Of a stretch of DNA of 62,603 nucleotides, positions 35,462 to 45,060 are shown one piece after another. The DNA is from an uncultured Thermoplasmatales archaeon (lineage in GTDB: Archaea > Thermoplasmatota > E2 > DHVEG-1): NCBI GenBank assembly GCA_964414035.1, contig CAYPUK010000127.1, positions 1 through 62,603 on the forward strand. The letters are read 5' to 3'. The notes beneath the pieces were generated by a model that searched no databases, was not told the origin of the DNA, and saw only the letters and a list, made by a program, of their open reading frames with translations. Positions within the stretch are counted from its first letter, which is position 1. Every line of letters begins with the position of its first letter. The position numbers and the translations under genes were made by a program.

Positions 35462-37750
35462 ATGAATTATTCTATTCGGAAAATAGTTGTTTTTATCTTT
35501 CTTTTTTCGGTACTATCTATGAGTTTTTCATCTGGTTCTCAGTTGATGAATTCAACGGAAAAAAACCAGTCAACTATGGATCAAATAATTTTTTTAGTTT
35601 CTGACGAACACCCAGCATATAGTTTAATGAGCTCCCCGCTTGCATGTTGGTATGAAGATACTGATGAAGCATTACATCCCTTCTTACTTGTTCATAATAA
35701 AACGTTAACAGATAAACAACTTTATTTCATTTCAATGTATACTACCAATCCAGCGATTTTCAGCATTGGATTTACACCTGATAACGTAGATGCTGATAAA
35801 TCCTTTTTAGGATCTCCCTCTTCCATTTCATATCAGTTAGCAAAACAGTTTTTTGAATATTCCGATCAAGTCCTTCTTCTCCCTGTAGACAGTTCATCAG
35901 AATCATATACTCATAATCTTATGGCTACTCCACTTGCCAGTTATAACCACATACCCGTTCTTTTATATGATCCATTACAACAAGAGTATTCTGAATTACG
36001 TCAAACCTTGGACTTGCTTCAAGTATCAACAATTTATCTTGTTGGATCTACGATACATCTTTGTTCACAAATCAATACTGATTATGAAATCGTTTCGATG
36101 AACGATGAACAAAAAATACAAGAAACTGTTCTTTCAAGTATTAAACAACGTTTCAACTCAATCAATTACCTTACAATTACAAATCCTAAAGATATTGTTG
36201 AATCCGAATTATTGGAAGAAAAATATGAATATACTCAACTTCCAGTTCAGCACACTTCACTTTTCTTACTAGGTAAAAAAATCATGTTATCTGGTGTTGA
36301 CACGGTTACAAAAAAAATTACGGTCCCATCTGGAGTACATAAATATGAAATCACCGTTTCAATGAAAAACACAACTAGCATTTTTCATCAATCTAAATCT
36401 GTTCCCGTGTTTCTTTCTGCAACTCTTAAAAATCCAAATGGACAAACAATAGCATATGGTCATAGTCCTGGATATCAGAGGAACACAACATATATCGAAA
36501 CATTAGTGACCAACCATAGCGGAAATTATACGTTAACGATCTCTTTATTCCATGGATATCGTGGAGGTTACTTTTCACTTAGAGGATTATCCAATGTTCA
36601 GACCATCTTACAAATAGATGAACACGTTGAAACACGTAACACGCCGCATTATCCTTTGGTTTCAGGTTTATCAAAAAATGCAGCCTATTTAACGAGTGCA
36701 CATGGAGGAATAATCGTTGCAGATGACCAATTCAGTTTATTTGATGAAACATATGCTGAAATTGCTGATCAGCATTCCACAGGTCCATGGTATGATGAAA
36801 CACTTCAGGATTATAATAATGAAAAAGTAAACTATGTTCTTACTCGCTTAGAAAACCATTTTTCGTACATTGAATCTTTTGATTTACTCGATGGATTTAT
36901 GAACGGACCTGGTTGGATTGCACTCCTTGGCGATACAAACATGATACCAATGTACTATTATCCAAGCAATCAAACTCACCTAGCAGAAAGAGGACTACCC
37001 TCAGATAATCCATATTCTCTTGATCATCAACTTTCACCAGGTAGAATACTTTCATATACGACAAGTGATGCCTCTCTTTTGATCGCACGGACATTATTTT
37101 ATGAACAACTCTGTGGCCCTTCATCAACAGAAGATGAATGGCATCGCAATTTCAATTTTGTTTTTGGTGAAGGATTTGGCGAGACTGGTGGGTTATTTCA
37201 TCAAATTCCTTATGCAAATACTATCGAATCCTATGGTTTTCAAACAACGGTTTATGGTGATTTTCGAAATAGTAAACAAGCAGCAGAACGATTAGAAGTG
37301 TACACGAATACGAATTTTGTCGAATACCTTGGTCATGGTGATTGGTTCTGGTATACTCCATCCATTTATGGATTCAATAGTGTTGGACAGTCAATTGGAT
37401 CAGATACTGTTCGTTCTTGGGCTATTCAAAGACCAAATGTTGTTCTTACTTCCGCGTGTTTAATGGGAAGAGTAGATGGCGTTCCACCAAAAATGAGTAT
37501 TGCATTATCCTTTCTTCACGCAGGATCAAACGCATTTATTGGATCGACAAGGGAAACCGGTCAAGAAGCAGGATTAACGGTGTTGGAAGATCATTTGATT
37601 ATTGATGATTATAGTCTTGGTGAAGCACTTCGCGGAGAAAAACAAGTTGATACTATTGGGCCAACCTATTATGTTCGATGTTTATTTGGAGATCCTGCAT
37701 TTAACCCGTATGATCCGTTACATGGTTTTTCAAACCAAGGAAGACCTTAA
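35462..37750 (+). CDS. Large exported clan-CD cysteine peptidase (gingipain/C25-like catalytic domain at the C-terminus)
   Basis: Signal peptide. His-Cys dyad context EYLGHGDWFWY and VVLTSACLMGR resembles the gingipain GHGS...ACxxG arrangement. Confidence 0.55.
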   Translation: MNYSIRKIVVFIFLFSVLSMSFSSGSQLMNSTEKNQSTMDQIIFLVSDEHPAYSLMSSPLACWYEDTDEALHPFLLVHNKTLTDKQLYFISMYTTNPAIFSIGFTPDNVDADKSFLGSPSSISYQLAKQFFEYSDQVLLLPVDSSSESYTHNLMATPLASYNHIPVLLYDPLQQEYSELRQTLDLLQVSTIYLVGSTIHLCSQINTDYEIVSMNDEQKIQETVLSSIKQRFNSINYLTITNPKDIVESELLEEKYEYTQLPVQHTSLFLLGKKIMLSGVDTVTKKITVPSGVHKYEITVSMKNTTSIFHQSKSVPVFLSATLKNPNGQTIAYGHSPGYQRNTTYIETLVTNHSGNYTLTISLFHGYRGGYFSLRGLSNVQTILQIDEHVETRNTPHYPLVSGLSKNAAYLTSAHGGIIVADDQFSLFDETYAEIADQHSTGPWYDETLQDYNNEKVNYVLTRLENHFSYIESFDLLDGFMNGPGWIALLGDTNMIPMYYYPSNQTHLAERGLPSDNPYSLDHQLSPGRILSYTTSDASLLIARTLFYEQLCGPSSTEDEWHRNFNFVFGEGFGETGGLFHQIPYANTIESYGFQTTVYGDFRNSKQAAERLEVYTNTNFVEYLGHGDWFWYTPSIYGFNSVGQSIGSDTVRSWAIQRPNVVLTSACLMGRVDGVPPKMSIALSFLHAGSNAFIGSTRETGQEAGLTVLEDHLIIDDYSLGEALRGEKQVDTIGPTYYVRCLFGDPAFNPYDPLHGFSNQGRP

Positions 37751-37758
37751 ACATAATT

Positions 37759-38718
37759 TTATTCCAAATACGATATGTCTCCGGTTATAATATTTTTCTT
37801 TCCTTGTTTTGTTTTTACAATTAATTCCCCATGCTCACCAATTCCAATTGCAGTTCCAGTTACCATCTCTTTTTCAGTTTGTATGGTGACTTTTGATCCA
37901 ATAGTTGATGAATACTTCATCCATCTTTGCCTGATTGGAGCACTATTGCCTTTTGTTAATTCTGTATAAAGCTTTTCAAATGAAAAAAGAATATCAGAGA
38001 GCAATCTTATAGAATCAACTGATTTTTTATTTTCAATTTGAAGAGTTGTACTTATTTTTTTTAATTCTTCTTGTAATGCATTGTTAACATTGATTCCGAT
38101 GCCAAGAATTAGATATGTGATTTCATCGATTTCAGCAGCAAGCTCAGTAAGAACGCCACAGACTTTTTTGTTGTTGATGAGGATGTCATTTGGCCATTTT
38201 ATGGTAGGGTGAAGTTGAGTTTGTTGTATGATTCCCTCCGTGACCGCACAGGCAGCACACATGGTTGCCTGCATGGCCTCATTAGGTGCAAGTTTTGGCC
38301 TTAAAATAAGTGAAAACCATAATCCCTTTTTCGGAGAAAACCAGGTTCGTTGTTTTCTCCCTCTTCCACCGGTTTGCTGGTCTGCAATGACCAGGGTTCC
38401 TTCTGGTTGATTTTCTTTGGCCAGTTTTTTCGCATAATCATTTGTTGAGGAAACAGAGGGGAGATGATAGATGTTTTTACCAATAATCTCTGTTTTTAAC
38501 TGGTGCTTGATTTCTTCAATCGTTAGGTTTTCTGGAGGTTTGATAAGATGATATCCCTGATTTGGTTTTGCAGTTATTTGATATCCTTTCTTTTTTAATT
38601 GATTAATATGTTTCCAGATCGCTGTACGAGAGATATGGAGATCTTTTGCTAATTGTTCTCCAGAGATCCATTCATGTTTTTTCAATACTTCAATGATTTT
38701 AATGGTAGTTTGAGTCAT
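37759..38718 (-). CDS. birA: Bifunctional biotin-[acetyl-CoA-carboxylase] ligase / biotin operon repressor
   Basis: N-terminal wHTH (ISGEQLAKDLHISRTAIWKHINQLKKKGYQI) and ligase motif GGRGRKQRTWFSPKKGLWFSL. ATG 38718 is preferred over 38751. Confidence 0.9.
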   Translation of the reverse strand: MTQTTIKIIEVLKKHEWISGEQLAKDLHISRTAIWKHINQLKKKGYQITAKPNQGYHLIKPPENLTIEEIKHQLKTEIIGKNIYHLPSVSSTNDYAKKLAKENQPEGTLVIADQQTGGRGRKQRTWFSPKKGLWFSLILRPKLAPNEAMQATMCAACAVTEGIIQQTQLHPTIKWPNDILINNKKVCGVLTELAAEIDEITYLILGIGINVNNALQEELKKISTTLQIENKKSVDSIRLLSDILFSFEKLYTELTKGNSAPIRQRWMKYSSTIGSKVTIQTEKEMVTGTAIGIGEHGELIVKTKQGKKNIITGDISYLE

Positions 38719-40063
38719 GGCGAAACACGAGTAATGGGAATAAAGAAGCAATAAGTCCTATTAAAACAGCATAGGTCTTAACAGATGGGATCTGTAAGAG
38801 TATAATTGAAATACTGCCTCCTAGAATAATGCTATAAAATGCTCCTTTGGTCGTAACTTTGGTTTGTTTTTTATACAATCCAAAAATGACTGGTAACGTA
38901 AGACCAGCGGTAAAAACAGAATATGCAAGTTCCAACGTGTCAAGAATGCTTCCCAGAAGATTATGATACATTGCTAAAAGGAGGGCGCAGAGTCCAACAA
39001 AGATGATTCCAATTTGAGAGAGGCGTATGGATTTATTTTTAAAAATATCAACACTAAGTATGGTTCCTGCGGATAAGAGACAGGAGTCAGCTGAAGAAAT
39101 CATTACTGATAAAAACGCAGCTAAAACAATACCGGCAAAAAAAACTGGTAGTGTTGATAATGCAAGTGGAATAGCTAAAGCAGGAGTGGTGATTTGGTTT
39201 TGAATAGAGGGGATTGATGCAGCAGACAATGCGATGAGTGCGATAGCGATTGCAAACACTAGTTTGAAAAATGCGGAAAGAAGGGTTGCATTCCAAGCGG
39301 TTTTCTCGTTTTTTGCTGATAATATTTTTGCATAGATATCTGGTCCAACAATATGAGGCATCATCATCATGAAAAGAATTGATCCAGCTGAAAGAAATCC
39401 TATATTTTCGTTGATTGGAAATGAGAGTTGTGAACTAGAAAGAAGTGACCAATATGATGTGGATTGATTGAGAATTAAGGGTGTTGCAATAAAGCAAATT
39501 CCAATAATCATAATCAGAAATTGAATGATGTCTGTATACACGACTGCAAATTGCCCTCCAATGATGGTGTATAAAATAAAAGCAATGGTAATACCGATAA
39601 GAAGTAACGTGGTATCAAGAGGAATAATAACTGATAGAATGAGACTTGCTGCTTGGATGAGCAAGGCAACCCATGCAATTTCAGTGATGATGATAAGGAT
39701 TGCAGCGATATGCCGTGTTTTTTGATCATAGAGTGTGTTAATGATGTCTGGAAGGGTGTAACAATTTGTTTTTCTCACAAGTTTTGCCATTGAAATACTA
39801 AGAATGAATAATCCGATTACTCCGCCAAGATCATACCAAAGAGCAGGTAGTCCGTCAGCAAAGATTCGTCCTCCAGCAACAATTGTTGCTGAGCCACCAA
39901 TGGTCGTTGCAGTAATAGTGGCAGTAAGTGAGATGGTGCCAAGACTTCGGTTTGCAAGAAAAAAACCTGTTGATGTTTTTACCTTCTTTTTTGCATAGAA
40001 TCCTATACCCGTTATCAGAGCGATATATGCAAGAATGATGCTAGCAAGGACCCACTCATTCAT
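38699..40063 (-). CDS. Sodium:solute symporter (SSS, SLC5-like) family transporter, overlapping birA
   Basis: About 13 TM helices. The N-terminus MNEWVLASIILAYIALITGIGFYAKKKVKTSTGFFLANRSLG is typical of PanF/PutP-like SSS proteins. The track TTG start 40084 lies inside the operator, so ATG 40063 is preferred. Confidence 0.85.
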   Translation of the reverse strand: MNEWVLASIILAYIALITGIGFYAKKKVKTSTGFFLANRSLGTISLTATITATTIGGSATIVAGGRIFADGLPALWYDLGGVIGLFILSISMAKLVRKTNCYTLPDIINTLYDQKTRHIAAILIIITEIAWVALLIQAASLILSVIIPLDTTLLLIGITIAFILYTIIGGQFAVVYTDIIQFLIMIIGICFIATPLILNQSTSYWSLLSSSQLSFPINENIGFLSAGSILFMMMMPHIVGPDIYAKILSAKNEKTAWNATLLSAFFKLVFAIAIALIALSAASIPSIQNQITTPALAIPLALSTLPVFFAGIVLAAFLSVMISSADSCLLSAGTILSVDIFKNKSIRLSQIGIIFVGLCALLLAMYHNLLGSILDTLELAYSVFTAGLTLPVIFGLYKKQTKVTTKGAFYSIILGGSISIILLQIPSVKTYAVLIGLIASLFPLLVFRHDSNYH

Positions 40064-40093
40064 TGTTAACCAGTTCATCCGCAACGGTTAACA
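40064..40093. promoter_or_regulatory. BirA-box-like operator TGTTAACC-N14-GGTTAACA
   Basis: Perfect 8-bp inverted repeat (40064-40071 and 40086-40093). On the coding strand it lies between a TTAAAATAA TATA-like box (40094-40102) and the symporter ATG (40063). Confidence 0.7.
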
Positions 40094-40151
40094 TTATTTT
40101 AAGGTTTTTACAAAAATAATGCCTTTAGCAGATTAAATAGAAAGAGGAAAA

Positions 40152-41612
40152 TTATGGGTGTTCAAAATAGGTCAAATCAATATTTGCCCAGTCATCATAA
40201 TCCCCCCATCCATGAGTTCCATCCGAGTAATCAAAGATTCGATAGGTATATTGATAATTCATCATACTCTTGTAATTTCTGATCAACCAAAACATAGGCT
40301 GCCAGGGATATTTAGCAAACCAGTTATCACAACCAAACGGTTCACCGAAACGGATACCGAAATTATGTCCCATCTCATGCATCATAGCAGATCCATAAAA
40401 ATTCTCAAGTGACCGATCCTTAAAAATTATTTTTTGCGTATTCCTTTCCATTTGACTACTAGAGATAACAAATCCGTTCGTCCCAGGTATATATCCCCAG
40501 TACGGGGGAGTATCCCCACTAAAAGCGTATCCTTTCATATCGCAAAGATAAACCACTATTGCATAATGAAAAATACTTCTCCGTTCCTCATACGTTCCAT
40601 TGTGAAGGAAATATTCTTGATAGATATCTAGAACCTCTTTTTGACTTGTTTTTTCAGTAAATGGAATAATTTCCCCACCATTCTCTTTTCCAACATCAAA
40701 ATGAAACACAATATTTCTGCGATGAAATGGTTCTTTAATTCGCTCTAATGCTTTTTCTGGAACGACACTTTTAATTCCATCTACAGATTCCTCCATCCAA
40801 TCAATTTCTAAGAAAACATCTTGTCTGAATGGATCAGATCCATACAATTTCCAAGTCTGATATTCTTCAACATTAGTAATGCTATCAATGTCATCATCTA
40901 ACTCTTCATGGGGTTCATATTCTGTTGGATGATAACCAAAATACCATTCCCATTCACTGGAAACACCATCCTTATCATAATCAGTTCCCGAATCATCTAC
41001 GGTTGGATCTGTACCATATATATTAGTTTCAATCCATGACGGAATATGGTCACCATCCTCATCCTGTTGCAAGATCGTAAAAAAAACTTCCGCATCATCT
41101 TCATTATCATAGATACTTCCATCATCGCAACCATTCACTCTTCCATATCCACTTGGATCACCATGAGAATCATCACCTGTCCACCAACCCGTGTTCAGAT
41201 CATAAGAAATATTTGCTGTATGTGAGTCATCTGTTTTGTTTCCAGTTAAATCACAGAGAATGTCCTCACCATTGATAGTTTTATACAAAGAAATCGTCAA
41301 ATTTAGATAATTTTCTGACGGCGAAGGTACCAAAGAAAATGACCAATCAATCGGTTTTCCAATCAAGGTTATATCCCACTCAGGACTTTGATAGACGTCT
41401 TCTTCAACCTGGCATTCCAACCAAAATATGGCATTATCCTCACATTCTTCTTCTAAATATCTAAACTCTTGGACAATGAATTCAATTTCAGATTGATATG
41501 TTGATTTTCCAAGTACAAAAGGCATCGTTGCTAATGAAGAAACAGCAATTAAAAATACAAGAATCAAACTAATTTCCTTTTTTAATATCATTGACGTCCC
41601 CATTATATACAA
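40152..41612 (-). CDS. Exported metzincin-like zinc metalloprotease with Asp-rich Ca-binding repeats, paralog of 56071..57624
   Basis: Signal anchor. GYGRVNGCDDGSIYDNEDD, DEDGDHIP and DYDKDG repeats. HEMGHNFGIRF zinc motif. SMMNY Met-turn-like segment. Confidence 0.65.
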   Translation of the reverse strand: MYIMGTSMILKKEISLILVFLIAVSSLATMPFVLGKSTYQSEIEFIVQEFRYLEEECEDNAIFWLECQVEEDVYQSPEWDITLIGKPIDWSFSLVPSPSENYLNLTISLYKTINGEDILCDLTGNKTDDSHTANISYDLNTGWWTGDDSHGDPSGYGRVNGCDDGSIYDNEDDAEVFFTILQQDEDGDHIPSWIETNIYGTDPTVDDSGTDYDKDGVSSEWEWYFGYHPTEYEPHEELDDDIDSITNVEEYQTWKLYGSDPFRQDVFLEIDWMEESVDGIKSVVPEKALERIKEPFHRRNIVFHFDVGKENGGEIIPFTEKTSQKEVLDIYQEYFLHNGTYEERRSIFHYAIVVYLCDMKGYAFSGDTPPYWGYIPGTNGFVISSSQMERNTQKIIFKDRSLENFYGSAMMHEMGHNFGIRFGEPFGCDNWFAKYPWQPMFWLIRNYKSMMNYQYTYRIFDYSDGTHGWGDYDDWANIDLTYFEHP

Positions 41613-41781
41613 CTAGTTTTCTTTTATGAACTTTTTTCTTCACATTAAAAACAAGTAATTATTGATATGAATCGGAGATGATTTCATTAAATGGATTCGA
41701 CAAAAGACGTAGTCTTGACTTAATCATCCTCATCATTTATAAACCCCTTATCTTTATCCTACGTAAGGGATGTGAGGACAT

Positions 41782-42048
41782 ATGAAAGATAAGATCATCG
41801 ATGAAGCAATGAAGTGGTATGAAACACAAGATACGAATCCACCTATAGAAGATTTTATTGATATTGTCATCAATAAAACAACAGATTCAATCATGAATCA
41901 TGTCCAAGAGGAATTAAAACAAGAGTTTTCCAATGGAAATCTAAAACATCCATTCTTCATCTCAAATGAATACTATCTGGAACTTAAATTAAAAGATATC
42001 AAGCATAAATATCTTCAACTTTCAGATCTTTATCAAAAAACTGATTGA
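41782..42048 (+). CDS. Hypothetical protein
   Basis: 88-aa ORF preceded by GGGATGTGAGGA. No family recognised. Confidence 0.4.
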   Translation: MKDKIIDEAMKWYETQDTNPPIEDFIDIVINKTTDSIMNHVQEELKQEFSNGNLKHPFFISNEYYLELKLKDIKHKYLQLSDLYQKTD

Positions 42049-42196
42049 GCATTCAATCCTTCTTTTTTCTATTTTCTTCTCATTTATTTATTACTGGATA
42101 AAAAAATGACAAACTGGTTTTTTTACAACGCTCATTTAAATATAATCGTATTCAAAATCATCTTTACAGTTCCATAATTGGAGAAGGATGTGAAAG

Positions 42197-42340
42197 ATGA
42201 TGAAACGAAAATTGAAAGAAAAAAGTAAGATTGGAAAATACGGGTACCGATGGGTTCCAGTTGAAGGTTACAAACAAAAAAACGGAAAAACAGTACCTCC
42301 GCATCTAAAAAAAGTAAGATTCAAATGGAAAGATAACTAA
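42197..42340 (+). CDS. 47-aa basic micro-protein
   Basis: Own translation: MMKRKLKEKSKIGKYGYRWVPVEGYKQKNGKTVPPHLKKVRFKWKDN. GGAGAAGGA lies upstream. Under 60 aa, so absent from the track. Confidence 0.35.
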   Translation: MMKRKLKEKSKIGKYGYRWVPVEGYKQKNGKTVPPHLKKVRFKWKDN

Positions 42341-42454
42341 GATACAGCCCGTAGAAAGCAACAACCTCTTTTATTTTTACTATCTTTCATTACTTTTTTC
42401 ATAAAAGAACGATGCATTAATTAACAACTTTTATTTCTCCTATACTGAGCAGTC

Positions 42455-42976
42455 ATGAAACAGACAGAAGAAGAAGTACATCGCTTAATCGAGTCATTTT
42501 CAACAAAACTCCCACATTTCCCAGACGGACGCATAGATTATTCCAGATCAGATACAGCACCGGTGATCACTGTTTTTATTGCGTATAAACACACTTTTCT
42601 TCTGTTAAAACGTAGTCAACAAGTGAGCACATACCAGGGAAAATGGAATACAGTTGCAGGATATCTAGACAATCCTAAGCAGACTATATTTGAAAAAATA
42701 CTTGAAGAAGTTTATGAAGAAATTAATATTACAAAAGATCAAATCGCTTCATATTCATTTGGAAAACCCTATCAATTTACTGATGCAGGCAATAACAAAA
42801 CATGGATTGTTTATCCCACGCTAGTCACCCTTTTAGAAAAACCAGAGATTACCTTAAACTGGGAACACACGGAATATCAATGGATTAATGCTGAGGACAT
42901 ATCTGATTTTGATACGGTTCCAAACTTAAAAAAAAGTATGAAACGAGCGTTAAAGCTCGCTCATAGAAAAAAATAA
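42455..42976 (+). CDS. Nudix hydrolase
   Basis: Nudix box GYLDNPKQTIFEKILEEVYEEINI. Confidence 0.8.
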   Translation: MKQTEEEVHRLIESFSTKLPHFPDGRIDYSRSDTAPVITVFIAYKHTFLLLKRSQQVSTYQGKWNTVAGYLDNPKQTIFEKILEEVYEEINITKDQIASYSFGKPYQFTDAGNNKTWIVYPTLVTLLEKPEITLNWEHTEYQWINAEDISDFDTVPNLKKSMKRALKLAHRKK

Positions 42977-42985
42977 CGAGTTACT

Positions 42986-44635
42986 TTATTCTTTCTTTTC
43001 ATCACCACGTAATTCACGACGAATGATTTTACCAGAAATTGTTTTTGGTAACTCCTTCACATACTCAATGATACGTGGATATTTGTATGGTGCAGTTACG
43101 TTTTTGACATGTTCTTGCAGTTCCTTGGTTAATTCATCTGATCCCTCATAATCTTTTGAAAGGATAACATATGCTTTAACCAAAATTCCTCGAACTCCTT
43201 TTGGATCTGGCACACCAACAACTGCTGCTTCAGCAACTGCATCATGTTCGACTAATGCTGATTCCACTTCGAATGGACCAATTCGATATCCTGATGATTT
43301 AATGACATCATCGTCACGACCAACAAACCAAAGATATCCTTCTTCGTCTTTGTATGCTTGATCACCCGTGTAATAATACCCATGTTTGAATGATTCAGCA
43401 GTTTTTTCTTCATCCTTCCAGTATTCTTTGAATAATCCTGGTGGTCGTTCATCTTGAATGTTAATTGCGATGTTACCAACTTCATTTACCTCTTTTTCGT
43501 TTCCGTCATCATCAATAATTCGAACGTCATGACCAGGAGTTGGTTTACCCATCGATCCAGCTTTGATCTTCATGCAGGGATAGTTTGAGACCACACAAAC
43601 TGTTTCGGTTTGCCCGAAGAAATCATGAATGCCAAGTCCAAATGCCTGTTTCCATTTATTAATAACTTCTGGATTAAGTGGTTCACCAGCACTCATAGAA
43701 TGTCTTAATTTCAGATCATATTTTGAAAGATCTTGTTGAATTAACATTCGATAGACCGTTGGTGGCGCACAAAATGTGGTAACTCCATATTTTTCCATTT
43801 TTCGAAGCATGAAATCCCCATCGAATCGACCAGGTGTTTCTGCTTGAAGAATGGTGGCACCAACTATCATCTGACCAAATAATTTACCCCAAGCAGCCTT
43901 AGCCCATCCGGTCTCAGAAACCGTTAAATGCACATCATCAGGTGTTAGATCCATCGCGAATCGAGCAGTGACCTCATGACCTAATGGATATTTATGAGTA
44001 TGAAGAACCATTTTTGGATTACCGGTTGTTCCTGAAGTAAAATAGATCAACATTGGCTCGTCTGAAGATGTTTTTTCCACATCGTTTTGAGTAAGTTCAT
44101 CAGATGCTTCTTCCATTTCCTCTTCAAAACTAACCCATCCGTCTTTTTTATCTCGGACAAGCATGAAATGTTTCAGCGTTGGACATTCATCTTTTACGTT
44201 TTCAACGATATCGGTGTGTTTGCTATCGGTGATGACCATGGTTGCTTCAGATCGGTTCACTCGATATTTTACGTTTTTTTCACGTAATAAAACAGTACCT
44301 GGCATGGGAATAACTCCCATTTTGATCATACCAAGCATTGCCTCATACCATTCAGGTATGCTTTGTAAAATGATAAGTACTCGATCGCCTTTTTTCAAGC
44401 CAAGTTTTTTCAAAACATTTACGAATTTATTCGATTTCTTTTTAAGGTCCTCAAAGCTATGTTTTGTATCTGTTTTTCCATCTTTATGTATAGAGATTAA
44501 TGCGATTTTCTCAGGGTCTTCTTCTGCCCATTTGTCCACGACATCAAATACAAAATTATAATCCTTAGGAACATTCCATTTCCAACTATTGTACATATTT
44601 TCGTATGAATCTTTTTGGATTGTTTTAGTTTCCAT
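42986..44635 (-). CDS. AMP-forming acyl-CoA synthetase (medium-chain/ACSM-like)
   Basis: YFTSGTTGNPK, YYTGD, GRDDDVIKSSGYRIGP and SGKIIRRELR motifs. Confidence 0.9.
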   Translation of the reverse strand: METKTIQKDSYENMYNSWKWNVPKDYNFVFDVVDKWAEEDPEKIALISIHKDGKTDTKHSFEDLKKKSNKFVNVLKKLGLKKGDRVLIILQSIPEWYEAMLGMIKMGVIPMPGTVLLREKNVKYRVNRSEATMVITDSKHTDIVENVKDECPTLKHFMLVRDKKDGWVSFEEEMEEASDELTQNDVEKTSSDEPMLIYFTSGTTGNPKMVLHTHKYPLGHEVTARFAMDLTPDDVHLTVSETGWAKAAWGKLFGQMIVGATILQAETPGRFDGDFMLRKMEKYGVTTFCAPPTVYRMLIQQDLSKYDLKLRHSMSAGEPLNPEVINKWKQAFGLGIHDFFGQTETVCVVSNYPCMKIKAGSMGKPTPGHDVRIIDDDGNEKEVNEVGNIAINIQDERPPGLFKEYWKDEEKTAESFKHGYYYTGDQAYKDEEGYLWFVGRDDDVIKSSGYRIGPFEVESALVEHDAVAEAAVVGVPDPKGVRGILVKAYVILSKDYEGSDELTKELQEHVKNVTAPYKYPRIIEYVKELPKTISGKIIRRELRGDEKKE

Positions 44636-44715
44636 TTATTTCTTGCCTCCACTGAACTTTGGTGGAAAACTCCACGTCATTGAAAAATGTTCATCTGCCA
44701 TTAGCGTAAATACTT

Positions 44716-45048
44716 TTAGGTGATAATATTGAAGATGTAAGCTAAAATAAGGATTTGAGGAACAGTTATCAGTGGAAGAAATAATGTTGCCCTTTTTCCG
44801 ATGTTTTGGTAGATTAATCCTATTTCAGTATAATCTGTGCTTACGCCGGCCATTAAAAATAAGAAGCTATTTCCAAATGCTCCTGTTTTTGTAAATATTT
44901 CAAATGCTAATGGTGCTGTTCCTTCTGAGCAGACTTCAATGATTGTTGCAAATATGAGCGTAATTCCTAGTCCGAGAATTCCTGGACCCATATATGTTTG
45001 AAACAATTCTTGGGGAATATATGCTCTAGCAAATGATGCCATAAACAT
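44716..45048 (-). CDS. C-terminal half of an ArsP/DUF318-type permease
   Basis: EVCSEGTAPLAFEIF repeat-2 motif. In frame with the upstream ORF and separated from it only by TAG plus 4 codons. Confidence 0.65.
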   Translation of the reverse strand: MFMASFARAYIPQELFQTYMGPGILGLGITLIFATIIEVCSEGTAPLAFEIFTKTGAFGNSFLFLMAGVSTDYTEIGLIYQNIGKRATLFLPLITVPQILILAYIFNIIT

Positions 45049-45060
45049 GCCAATGATTAA

